Below are positions 18,005 through 26,502 of a DNA stretch of 52,357 bases, piece after piece. The translations under genes were made by a program, and so were the position numbers. The notes beneath the pieces were generated by a model. It was not told where the DNA came from. It ran no database searches and saw only the letters and a list, made by a program, of their open reading frames with translations. How positions within the stretch are numbered: the first letter of the stretch is position 1; each line of letters begins with the position of its first letter. The DNA is from Patescibacteria group bacterium (lineage in GTDB: Bacteria; Patescibacteriota; Minisyncoccia; JAHIHE01; JAGLIN01): positions 1-52,357 of the forward strand of contig JBAXYM010000004.1 in NCBI GenBank assembly GCA_041670805.1, in the 5' to 3' direction.

Positions 18005-18994
18005 TTATAAACTTTTTATTTCAAGAATTTCCACCAGCTCCTTGTAGGACTGTTCGTTTGAAATATCTACATTAGTAATCATTTTCAAAGCTTCAGCATA
18101 ATCAATCACACCAAAGCGCACCCTTTCTGCCAGATAGTCTAAAATGATCGGATATTTTGCGATCACAAATTCCATCTCCTGATTGGGTTGAAAATTTAAT
18201 CCCTCCGCAAAAAATACACCGGGGACAAGACAATCGGTATCAAATCCGCCACATCCAGAGTAAACCCATGGAATCTTATGATCCCTAATGTAATCAGAAT
18301 TAGCCGATTTTGAAAGACCGAAAGCATATGCGCCACGTACAATGATAATACCGCTTGGCTTGGTCCAAAAAAGAGAATATGCTCCTTTTGAATTTTTTTT
18401 GGGAGTATCCCCTCCCGTAACCAATGTAGTAAATCCCAAATCTTTCATCACAGAAGCGTATGTCCCGTCTATCATAGTATTGCATATCTCGCCACAGGGC
18501 AGTATGCCTTTTTCTCTACAGATCCTGTAAACATTAAGCGTCGTGGCCGGATTTCCGGTTATTTTCAGGATTTTTTGATCATCCTGAATTTTATCGGCAA
18601 CATCTATATAGCGATGGTCCTCCCTAAGATTGAGAAAGTTTAAAACATTCTCGATATTTTTTTCCGCAATCCTGCCCTTCACTCCCGTATTTACAGTAAA
18701 AAGCTGCAGTTCAATAGACTTTTTCTGGCATTCCCGAGCAAGCTTCGCTAAAACAGCCGTGCTGTCCAAACCTCCCGAGTATGCGAAAAGAATTTTTTTG
18801 TTCTCTCGCAAAAACAACTCAAACTCTTCATTGAATTGCTTTCTGGAAGGCAAGTTGCCAGAATTTAGGACATCAAAGCAGATATCACAGACGACTCCCT
18901 CGCCACTTTCGTGGAATTTCAGTTCTTCTCCGGTTCTAGGATTAATAACGTTCAAACCTACCGGATTAATGCAATATTTGCAATGCTTTTCCAT
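18005..18994 (-). CDS. PP-loop (N-type ATP pyrophosphatase) family protein with N-terminal zinc ribbon
   Basis: FAYSGGLDSTAV (SGGxDS PP-loop). N-terminal CKYC..CDIC. SD AAGGAG 8 nt upstream. First gene of the operon. Confidence 0.7.
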   Translation of the reverse strand: MEKHCKYCINPVGLNVINPRTGEELKFHESGEGVVCDICFDVLNSGNLPSRKQFNEEFELFLRENKKILFAYSGGLDSTAVLAKLARECQKKSIELQLFTVNTGVKGRIAEKNIENVLNFLNLREDHRYIDVADKIQDDQKILKITGNPATTLNVYRICREKGILPCGEICNTMIDGTYASVMKDLGFTTLVTGGDTPKKNSKGAYSLFWTKPSGIIIVRGAYAFGLSKSANSDYIRDHKIPWVYSGCGGFDTDCLVPGVFFAEGLNFQPNQEMEFVIAKYPIILDYLAERVRFGVIDYAEALKMITNVDISNEQSYKELVEILEIKSL

Positions 18995-19056
18995 TATCTT
19001 GTCTCCTTTTCGTTGTCAATGTACTTTCCAAGCTAAGCCTTCTAGCTTTACACTAA

Positions 19057-19084
19057 ACTTTATACCAAATTCCTGAATTGTCAA
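19057..19084 (-). promoter_or_regulatory. candidate promoter of the rSAM operon
   Basis: Minus strand TTGACA (19079-19084), 16 nt, TAAAGT (19057-19062), about 60 nt upstream of the ATG at 18994. Confidence 0.35.
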
Positions 19085-19235
19085 CTATTCTAGCCTACAT
19101 TCTAATCCCAATCTTAATCTCCCAAAAGAACATCTCAGTAGATGGGCGACGAGCTATCTGTACTCTAAAGAGTGGGAATGAAACAGAATAAGAAACAGAA
19201 GACAAGTGTCAGGCGCCAGATAGCTTTGCTAGTAG

Positions 19236-19320
19236 CATTGCAGTTCGAACCCGTTAGGGGTATAAAAAATTACCGCTTGTTAAAGCGGTAATTTGCCAGT
19301 TCCCCAAGCAGGTCTAGAAC
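19236..19320. repeat. module-boundary repeat unit, short form
   Basis: GCAGTTCGAACCCGTTAGGGGTATAAAAAA, hairpin TACCGCTTGTTAAAGCGGTA, then ATTTGCCAG..TCTAGAAC. Lacks the GCGAC..GTCGC core. Resembles 39271-39351. Confidence 0.55.
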
Positions 19321-19458
19321 CAAATAGCTTCAATCCCATAAAGCCTTTTTAGGCTATCTTTCCAGAAATCCAAGATGGGAACGGGTCGGGGTCTAAAAAG
19401 CAAAATGAGACAAATGAGACAAATATAAAAGAAAGCGCTATGTACCATTTTCAAATGA

Positions 19459-19487
19459 TTGACATTTTTCAATATTTGTTTTACAAT
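19459..19487 (+). promoter_or_regulatory. near-consensus sigma70-type promoter of the nucleotide operon
   Basis: TTGACA (19459-19464), 17 nt, TACAAT (19482-19487). About 55 nt upstream of the ATG at 19544, which has the SD AAGGAG. Confidence 0.55.
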
Positions 19488-19543
19488 AAGCCAGTCCTTT
19501 AAAAAGTAGTAGCCGAAAGTTAAAGTTATTAAGGAGAAATTAA

Positions 19544-19891
19544 ATGAGCAACGATTCTCAAAAAATCTATAAAATCAAAAAAGATAGATACCTTAGAGCT
19601 AGAGGAGGTACATCAAAAATCCTAAGAATAGATTGCAGTCAATGCGGAGCCAATATAGCTTTCTATCAGAAAGACGGACCTGGTTCCCTATTGAGGATGT
19701 ATCTGGATAGGATACATGATTGCGAGAGCACCAAAAGTTTGGGCAATGTCTCGGCAGAATCTCAGCTACCAAATATAAACTGTCCGACTTGCGGAGCTCT
19801 TATAGCAACTCCGATGATTTATGAACCAGAACAAAGGCTTGCATTCAGAGTCATAAAAGGTTCAATCAGAAAAACAATAATGAAAAAATAA
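19544..19891 (+). CDS. small zinc-ribbon protein, unknown function
   Basis: 115 aa with CSQC...CPTC. Strong SD. First gene of a four-gene plus-strand operon. Confidence 0.6.
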   Translation: MSNDSQKIYKIKKDRYLRARGGTSKILRIDCSQCGANIAFYQKDGPGSLLRMYLDRIHDCESTKSLGNVSAESQLPNINCPTCGALIATPMIYEPEQRLAFRVIKGSIRKTIMKK

Positions 19892-19905
19892 AACAAGGTA
19901 ATAGA

Positions 19906-20727
19906 ATGAAACCCCACTCCCCCACAGATATGACACCAGAATCAATAGCACGAGAAAATGGATTGGATTTGGAAGATCTAAATAATCTTCTTGATAAAAT
20001 CCATAGAAGTATGCAAATTCCTGCACAAAGAGTGTTCGTCCAAGAAAACGACCTAGGCCGTTACTTCATGGTAGAGCTCAAAGGGGCAGGAAAAATAACG
20101 ACTCCATACGGAAAATTTTGGGAGTATGACTTCCGAATTGACGATGAATGGAGGAAATATTCTGTAATTTTCAAAGGAGAAATTGATGAAGAAACTTTCC
20201 TTCCAATTTTCAAGAACAATAAAGAATTAGTACTAAGAACAGATTCTGGCTGTGAAACCGGACAAGTATTTAAAGATATAACCTGCGAATGCGGCGATCA
20301 ATTGGATTTGGCATTGAAGACTATCGCCGAAGTGGGCGAAGGAATGATAATCCATATTCCAAGGCAAGATGGTCGAGGCATGGGATTACCGTTCAAGCTT
20401 GCTACGTTATGGCTACAAGATGAGTTTAAGATAAACACAGTGGAAGCTGCTTGCCTGTTGGCTCCTGGTGGAGTTATCGATGTAAGAACATACACCGGAG
20501 TAATATGCATTCTTAAATTCTTCCAAGTTTCTACCGAATGCCATATAAAGTTAGCAACCAACAATCCCAAGAAGGCCGAAATATTCCAAGAAAACGGTTA
20601 TATTATACCGGACTATGTGCCAGTTATAATAGAGCCGAATGAAAACACTAGGCGCCACTTGACTGCCAAACAGGATTGCCTTGGACATATTGGACTTGTT
20701 CATCCTGATATAGAGGAGCAAGAATGA
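19906..20727 (+). CDS. GTP cyclohydrolase II-like protein with an N-terminal extension of about 110 aa
   Basis: LRTDSGCETGQVFKDITCECGDQL (Zn-Cys motif), RQDGRGMGL, ..DVRTY.., KLATNNPKK. These parallel RibA motifs (SECLTGD..CDCG, QEGRGIGL, LLTNNP). Confidence 0.7.
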   Translation: MKPHSPTDMTPESIARENGLDLEDLNNLLDKIHRSMQIPAQRVFVQENDLGRYFMVELKGAGKITTPYGKFWEYDFRIDDEWRKYSVIFKGEIDEETFLPIFKNNKELVLRTDSGCETGQVFKDITCECGDQLDLALKTIAEVGEGMIIHIPRQDGRGMGLPFKLATLWLQDEFKINTVEAACLLAPGGVIDVRTYTGVICILKFFQVSTECHIKLATNNPKKAEIFQENGYIIPDYVPVIIEPNENTRRHLTAKQDCLGHIGLVHPDIEEQE

Positions 20728-21578
20728 ATGCCATAGAAATGCTAAGAAACCGAGCAAGACAGAAAAATACTTTTGCATGTTGCGGCTTAGATCCTGATAA
20801 GACTAAGCTGCCACAAGCAATTCTAGAAATGGATTGTTCGGACAGGGAAAGAATATATATATTTCTTAGAACAGTAATCGAAATTACAGCGCCTCACGTA
20901 TGTGCATACAAGATACAAAAGGCCTGTTTTGACCTACTGCCTTCTGGATACAGCCTCCTCAAGGAGATTATTGCATATATCCACGAAAAGCACCCGGAAA
21001 TTCCCGTCATTATTGATTGTAAGATTGGAGATATAGGCAACACTATGGAAGCTTTTTATGCCCTTAGTATCTTCGAACGGTTGCAAGCTGACGGGGTGGT
21101 AGTTAATCCCTATATGGGCGATGAAGTGTTCACTTCTCTGGAAGGTTATCCTGATAAAATTGTCGTGGTATTAGTAAAAACAAGCAATAAAGGAAGCGCG
21201 GCAGTGCAAGACATTGTAACTCAATCAGGGGAAAAAGTCTGGGAGGTAATTCTGGGCCTTGCAATGAACAGATGGAATAGACATGGGAATATAGTTCCCG
21301 TCATATCATCCACTGCCGGAGTTGATTTAGTAAAAGTCAGAAGAGCAATTCCCAACGAAACTCCCATCCTCTTTGCAGGTGTCGGAGCCCAAGGCGGAAG
21401 CTATGATGGATTCGCACATCTGTTTACAGACGAAGAATCTTGCGTTTTTGCTAATTCCTCGAGAAAAATATTGTATTCTCCTGCAGAAAAAGGTAAAAGC
21501 TGGCAAGATTTAGTCGAGGAACGGATAATAGAACTTAAAAACGAACTAAACGCCAGCAGGAGGTTGAAAAGCATTTGA
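20724..21578 (+). CDS. pyrF: orotidine-5'-phosphate decarboxylase family (type 2)
   Basis: CCGLDPD, VIIDCKIGDIGNT, GVGAQGG. 4-nt overlap with the upstream gene. Confidence 0.75.
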   Translation: MNAIEMLRNRARQKNTFACCGLDPDKTKLPQAILEMDCSDRERIYIFLRTVIEITAPHVCAYKIQKACFDLLPSGYSLLKEIIAYIHEKHPEIPVIIDCKIGDIGNTMEAFYALSIFERLQADGVVVNPYMGDEVFTSLEGYPDKIVVVLVKTSNKGSAAVQDIVTQSGEKVWEVILGLAMNRWNRHGNIVPVISSTAGVDLVKVRRAIPNETPILFAGVGAQGGSYDGFAHLFTDEESCVFANSSRKILYSPAEKGKSWQDLVEERIIELKNELNASRRLKSI

Positions 21579-22135
21579 CTAAATTTCTACTTCTGCTTGG
21601 ACCTTCGGGCGTAGGCAAGAGTACCATAATAAAAGAATTGCGGCAGATGGACAAACGTTTCATATACATATCGCCTTACATCACTCGCCCTCTTCGAGAA
21701 AACGAGACTGATAAGGTGCATATAAGCGACCAGGAAATGGACTTAAGAGAAGCGAACGGCGAATTCCTTATTATTAACAATTTATATGGAATAAGGTATG
21801 CCACGCCCATTGAGCCCATCACAAAAGCACTGGAAGATAACCTTTTTCCAGTGCTGGACTGGCCAATTAGCCGGATGGAAATAATGACCAATTCTTTCTC
21901 CGGCCAATTGTATACCGTATACGTTTGTCCGCCTTCTTGGGAAGAGCTGCAAGAAAGAATGGCAAGGGATCAGAGGAATAAAAACACGGACAGACTAAAA
22001 GCTGCCCGCAAGGAATTTAATGAATTTCAGACTGGAGGCTACGAAGGATTATTTGATTTTCAGATAATATCTTACAATTTTAGAATTTCTGAAATTGCCA
22101 AGAGTATATATCTGAATTATCTACAAAATATTTAA
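21575..22135 (+). CDS. gmk: guanylate kinase-like P-loop NMP kinase
   Basis: LLGPSGVGKSTII, SPYITRPLRENE (compare S-TTR-PR-GE), YGIRYATP, VYVCPPSWEELQERM. TTG start overlapping the pyrF stop (TTGA). Confidence 0.65.
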   Translation: MTKFLLLLGPSGVGKSTIIKELRQMDKRFIYISPYITRPLRENETDKVHISDQEMDLREANGEFLIINNLYGIRYATPIEPITKALEDNLFPVLDWPISRMEIMTNSFSGQLYTVYVCPPSWEELQERMARDQRNKNTDRLKAARKEFNEFQTGGYEGLFDFQIISYNFRISEIAKSIYLNYLQNI

Positions 22136-22137
22136 AG

Positions 22138-22168
22138 GGGGCTTAGGTTTCAAACTTAAGTCCTTTTA
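22138..22168. terminator. bidirectional terminator between convergent genes
   Basis: CTTAGGT-TTCAA-ACTTAAG hairpin (22142-22160), flanked by AAAGGGG on one side and TCCTTTT on the other. Confidence 0.4.
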
Positions 22169-22792
22169 TATTTGCCCAATCAAATTTTCCACCTTTTCTT
22201 TGTCCGTATAATTGAAATGTAAAGAATCCGTGAACTGCACATATTTGCCGGTTTCGATACCCAAACGCTTCGCCATATATTTTTGCAGAGATGCAAATTC
22301 ACCTAAGTTCATAAGGAATTTGCCATAACAGTCAGAAGTTCGCATGTGGACATGCATATCCAGCTTATTATCGGTTATTTCTGTCCATATGATCTGCAAA
22401 CAGGGACCTATCTCTCCATACATGTCTTCTTCCTGCTTCCATATGCTTGCCTGAGCCCTCTTACCTGTAGGTTTCTTTGTTAAGTATTCGATGATATTTT
22501 CTATTTGGCTATAATTTTCAGAAAATAACCTGTGCCGGTATATCTTCGTCCATTCATGAATAACTTTATCCTCGTTTTCTCCCGTCACCAGGTAATCATT
22601 GATAATCTCCATATCTTTTCTGGATATGGGAAATTTATCATCATAAAAATCTTCATTGACATTTTCTATCTCCACAACCGCAAGGTCATATCTATAGAAT
22701 TCCTTTTCTTGAGACCCTGATCCATGTAGATAAAGTTCCTTAAAGCTCTTTTGCCAGCACTCGGCTACGGTTCTTGCTTTTATATGCAGCAT
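22166..22792 (-). CDS. short thymidylate synthase (ThyA)-family enzyme; could be a pyrimidine hydroxymethylase
   Basis: 208 aa. GPCLQ (catalytic Cys context), RTSDCYGKFLMNLGEF (R-S-x-D motif), TDSLHFNY (D-x-H-x-Y). Confidence 0.7.
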   Translation of the reverse strand: MLHIKARTVAECWQKSFKELYLHGSGSQEKEFYRYDLAVVEIENVNEDFYDDKFPISRKDMEIINDYLVTGENEDKVIHEWTKIYRHRLFSENYSQIENIIEYLTKKPTGKRAQASIWKQEEDMYGEIGPCLQIIWTEITDNKLDMHVHMRTSDCYGKFLMNLGEFASLQKYMAKRLGIETGKYVQFTDSLHFNYTDKEKVENLIGQI

Positions 22793-22902
22793 AATATATA
22801 CATTATTGATTTAATAATTATATTTTAACAGAGCAATGCATAATTTCAAAATACCACGTCACTCCAACGGAATATTCTAAAATAAAAAAAGAATGTACCC
22901 TC

Positions 22903-23547
22903 TTATTTTTTAATAACCCTAACTACCACCCCATTAACCATATATCCCGAAGTATTAACATCTTCTTCGTGAAGCACAATAGGAGGAATGTCCAAAGTTG
23001 ATTCCGAAACAAGACGTATCTCTTCTTTATCTTTAAAGAATCTTTTAAAATTTGCAGCACCACCGATAATAGATAACACATAATCTCCATTTTTGGGTTG
23101 ATTCCTGCAGTCTACAATCACATAATCTCCATTTTCAATATTACCGCCTTTAAGTTTAGCTTTATTCAAAGAGTCACCCACTGCCCTAACCGCAATCAAT
23201 CCATCAGGCGCGCTTCTATCTATAAGCTTCTTGGATATTTTAAGAAAAGCTTGAATATCCTCTAGCGCCAGCTCCATAGCAGGTCCGCAATTAGCCGATC
23301 CCACCACAGGAATATTAAAGTATTTATCCACAGCAAATGCTTTGTTTTTAGCGGGCTCTATTTTTTTAGTTTTTCGATCAAAATATAACCAGCCCTGCTT
23401 TTCTATCTTTTTTAAGTAATAAAGTACTGTTTGAGGATTAGTGATATCTAATCGCCTTGCCGTTTCCCTGATTCCGATCTCTCGTATATCGTTTTTCCTG
23501 TGAAATTCCAGTATTTTTCGCATAGTTTCATTCATTTCCTGTTTCAT
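22903..23547 (-). CDS. LexA/CI-like S24 peptidase repressor
   Basis: N-terminal wHTH (IRETARRLDITNPQTVLYYLKKIEKQG), linker with ANCGP, catalytic GDSL (Ser) and FKRF (Lys). Confidence 0.8.
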   Translation of the reverse strand: MKQEMNETMRKILEFHRKNDIREIGIRETARRLDITNPQTVLYYLKKIEKQGWLYFDRKTKKIEPAKNKAFAVDKYFNIPVVGSANCGPAMELALEDIQAFLKISKKLIDRSAPDGLIAVRAVGDSLNKAKLKGGNIENGDYVIVDCRNQPKNGDYVLSIIGGAANFKRFFKDKEEIRLVSESTLDIPPIVLHEEDVNTSGYMVNGVVVRVIKK

Positions 23548-23642
23548 ATGTGTTTGCTTAAAAATAATTTTTAAACCATTTATAAACTATCTTAAATCTA
23601 CCACATATAAACTATTTTGTAAACTGTGTATATTTACACTTA

Positions 23643-23671
23643 TTGACAGTAAATAGTGGAAAGCGTAAAAT
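23643..23671 (+). promoter_or_regulatory. near-consensus promoter facing the methyltransferase genes
   Basis: TTGACA (23643-23648), 17 nt, TAAAAT (23666-23671). An SOS-box-like CTGT-N8-ACAC lies at 23624-23639, just upstream. Confidence 0.5.
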
Positions 23672-23866
23672 ATAATTAGCTTCAAGATATGCACCTTGCA
23701 AATCAACGATGAGCTGCCAAATATGAAGCTTAGAAGGCAGGATATAGGGCTGGTGTGAACCCAGACCATTTTAAAATTGAGCAACCATCACATGTCAATT
23801 TTTATACAAAATTAGACATTCGGTAAATTACTGAGTACAAGAAGGGCTATAACACGCCCGGTAATG

Positions 23867-23938
23867 AGTCCGAGAAAAGTTCGAGATACCTTTTTCTTAC
23901 AAAAGGGGTGTTTTGGGTTTTTCTCGGACTTTTTTATT
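23867..23938 (+). terminator. terminator/attenuator-like hairpin in the leader of the ParB-methyltransferase gene
   Basis: 12-bp perfect stem AGTCCGAGAAAA (23867-23878) / TTTTCTCGGACT (23919-23930) followed by TTTTT. Alternative 10-bp pairing GGGGTGTTTT (23905-23914) / AAAACACCCC (23944-23953). Confidence 0.45.
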
Positions 23939-23961
23939 AATCAAAAACACCCCATAAATAT

Positions 23962-25230
23962 ATGAAAGACAGAAAAATCAAAATTGAGCAGGTTCCCACT
24001 TCCCTACTCAAAGAAGCAGAGTATAATCCTCGCAAACTGACATCTCGGCAAGAGGAAGATTTAACTGAATCAATCAAAAAGTTCGGCCTTGCCGATCCAT
24101 TGATAGTTAACAGTTACAAATTCAGAAAGAACGTAATAATCGGAGGCCACCAAAGATTCAAGATTGCGAAAAAGCTGGGATATAAAGAAGTGCCTGTTGT
24201 GTACGTAAACTTAAATCCTAGCCAAGAGAAAGAATTCAATTTGAGACTCAATCGAAATACTGGAGAGTGGGACTGGGAAATGCTCAAAGAATTTGACATA
24301 GATCTACTGCTTGATGTTGGTTTTATTGATGAGGATCTTTCAAGTATCTGGGATGAGTCTTTGGAAACGGAAGATGATGAGTTCAATCAGACAAAGGAAT
24401 TGGAAAAGATCAAGAAAACTGATATCAAAAATGGTAATATATTCTCTCTCGGCAGCCATACTCTTCTCTGCGGAGACGCAACTGCTCTGGAAGCTGTGAA
24501 CAAGTTAGTAGGTAAGGAAAAAATCAATATGATCTATAATGATCCGCCGTATAACACGGGTGTTAATTATAACAAAGGAATTGGTGGGAAGAAAACATAC
24601 GGCGGAGATGTGAATGATAATAAGAGTGATGAAGAATACAGGAATTTTCTAGAAACGAATATTTCCAACGCTCTGAGCGTATCTCAAAAGGATGTTCACG
24701 TTTTCTATTACTGCGATCAGCGATATATATGGCTACTTCAGGAAATATATAAAAAGTTTGGCATTGATAATAGACGCGTATGTATGTGGATTAAAAACGG
24801 CTTTAATGTCACTCCACAAATCGCTTTCAATAAAGGCTACGAGCCTTGCGTATACGGCACTCGCGGAAAGCCTTATCTTGCCAATATTAAGAATCTTAAT
24901 GAGATATTAAACAAAGAAATCGAAACCGGCAACCGAACCATAGATGATATATTGGATATTTTTGATATCTGGCTTGTTAAAAGAATAGCGGGGCAGGAAT
25001 ACGAGCACCCCACGCAAAAACCTCCTACTTTGCACGAGAAAGCGTTGAGGCGATGCACCAAGATTAATGATACAGTATTGGATTTATTTGGCGGTTCAGG
25101 CTCAACTCTCATTGCCTGCGAACAGCTAAAACGCAGATGTTTTATCATGGAGCAAAATCCAATCTTTTGCCAGTTAATAATTAACCGATTTGAAAGATAT
25201 GCAAACAAGAAAGCAAAAAAGCTTGGTTAA
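23962..25230 (+). CDS. ParB-like nuclease domain fused to N4/N6 DNA methyltransferase
   Basis: N-terminus LKEAEYNPRKL..PLIVN..IIGGHQRF (ParB/Srx). Then YNDPPYNTG and TQKPPTLHEKAL..DLFGGSGSTLIACEQ (beta-class MTase). Confidence 0.85.
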   Translation: MKDRKIKIEQVPTSLLKEAEYNPRKLTSRQEEDLTESIKKFGLADPLIVNSYKFRKNVIIGGHQRFKIAKKLGYKEVPVVYVNLNPSQEKEFNLRLNRNTGEWDWEMLKEFDIDLLLDVGFIDEDLSSIWDESLETEDDEFNQTKELEKIKKTDIKNGNIFSLGSHTLLCGDATALEAVNKLVGKEKINMIYNDPPYNTGVNYNKGIGGKKTYGGDVNDNKSDEEYRNFLETNISNALSVSQKDVHVFYYCDQRYIWLLQEIYKKFGIDNRRVCMWIKNGFNVTPQIAFNKGYEPCVYGTRGKPYLANIKNLNEILNKEIETGNRTIDDILDIFDIWLVKRIAGQEYEHPTQKPPTLHEKALRRCTKINDTVLDLFGGSGSTLIACEQLKRRCFIMEQNPIFCQLIINRFERYANKKAKKLG

Positions 25231-25969
25231 AGCTGGGGACATTTTTCAGCTAGGAGATCACAGATTGATGTGTGCAGACGCTAAAGATAAAGACGGTGTG
25301 GCAAAGCTATTTCAAAAAGATAAGATGCAACTCATACTCACAGATCCGCCTTATGCCATTGATTATGTAAACAGCAAAGCCGGATTTAAACAAAAACTAG
25401 CCAAAGCAAAAACTATCGAGAACGATCAGTTGCAAAGTGAAGATGACTATATAAAGTTTACCGAGGAATGGCTAAGTACGATTATACCCAATTTGGATAA
25501 GAAAAACTCTATCTATATTTTTAATTGCGACAAAATGATATTTGCCTTAAAACAAGGCATGGAGGATGTAGGAATATATTTTTCTCAGCTTCTGGTTTGG
25601 GTTAAAAGTAATGCAGTGGTAGGAAGAAAAGATTATCTTCCCCAGCATGAACTTATAGCCTACGGATGGCTTGGAAGTCATATTTTTCATAAGGCCAAGG
25701 ACAAAAGTATATTCTTTGTCCCCAAGCCCAACAAGAGCAAACTTCATCCGACAATGAAGCCAATCCCGCTTCTTAGAAAGATTATCCTAAACAGCACAAG
25801 GATTGGAGATATTGTCTATGATCCATTTGGCGGATCTGGTAGCACTCTTATTGCCTGCGAACAAACCAAAAGAAAATGTCTGATGGTAGAATTAGATCCT
25901 GAATATTGCCAGACGATTATGGACAGATATGAAAGATTGACTGGAAATAAAGCTATAAAGTTAAGTTAA
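25190..25969 (+). CDS. N4/N6 DNA methyltransferase (second copy, no ParB domain)
   Basis: LTDPPYAIDY, HPTMKPIPLL, DPFGGSGSTLIACEQ. Overlaps the upstream gene by 41 nt. Confidence 0.85.
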   Translation: MKDMQTRKQKSLVKAGDIFQLGDHRLMCADAKDKDGVAKLFQKDKMQLILTDPPYAIDYVNSKAGFKQKLAKAKTIENDQLQSEDDYIKFTEEWLSTIIPNLDKKNSIYIFNCDKMIFALKQGMEDVGIYFSQLLVWVKSNAVVGRKDYLPQHELIAYGWLGSHIFHKAKDKSIFFVPKPNKSKLHPTMKPIPLLRKIILNSTRIGDIVYDPFGGSGSTLIACEQTKRKCLMVELDPEYCQTIMDRYERLTGNKAIKLS

Positions 25970-25973
25970 ATAT

Positions 25974-26372
25974 ATGGCCAAGGAAAGGGTTAAGGCAAAA
26001 TTACAAAAAGAACTTTTTCTTACAAGGCTGGAGGAAATGCCAGTTACTTCTGTTGTATGCAAAAAGATTGGTGTTTCCAGAGCAAGTATATATCGCTGGA
26101 GAGATAAAGATCCTGAATTTGACGCAAAGGTAATTGAAGCCAAAATTAAAGGAGATGATAACATGCGAGATCTTGCAGAATATCAAGTGCTTAAAAAAAT
26201 GCAAGAAGGAGATCTTTCTGCTGCCAAATATTATCTCGATAGAAAACATCCAGCTTATGCCAGAAGGACTTCCATACCTGACACTGCAAGGCAACCTAAT
26301 TTATTCCAGTTGATTATAAGCAAAGTCGGTAATAAAGGAAAAAAGGCGGCAGAACATAAGAACGAAAAATAA
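25974..26372 (+). CDS. phage terminase small-subunit-like HTH protein
   Basis: VCKKIGVSRASIYRWRDKDPEFDAKV (HTH) and DLSAAKYYLDRKHPAYARR, a pattern common in TerS-like proteins. Confidence 0.5.
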   Translation: MAKERVKAKLQKELFLTRLEEMPVTSVVCKKIGVSRASIYRWRDKDPEFDAKVIEAKIKGDDNMRDLAEYQVLKKMQEGDLSAAKYYLDRKHPAYARRTSIPDTARQPNLFQLIISKVGNKGKKAAEHKNEK

Positions 26373-26385
26373 AGTTAATCAACAT

Positions 26386-26414
26386 AAAACATCCTTTGCG
26401 TCTAAGGATGTTTT
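26386..26414. terminator. bidirectional intrinsic terminator
   Basis: AAAACATCCTT-TGCGTCT-AAGGATGTTTT, an 11-bp perfect stem with A/T runs on both sides, between convergent genes. Confidence 0.6.
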
Positions 26415-26502
26415 ATCTGTCTTATGGTTATTCTATAATCTTGTTTAATATATCTCCAGATCCAGTCTTAACAGTCTGATTGTTTTCTCTTGTTTACTCA
26501 AA

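Noticed and set aside
13585-22135. Radical-SAM genes next to a nucleotide kinase suggested a prokaryotic viperin-type antiviral nucleotide system
   Set aside because: All three rSAM proteins carry C-terminal SPASM Cys clusters and are accompanied by a PqqD-like protein and a small peptide ORF, which is RiPP/cofactor logic. The kinase belongs to a separate, divergently transcribed operon.
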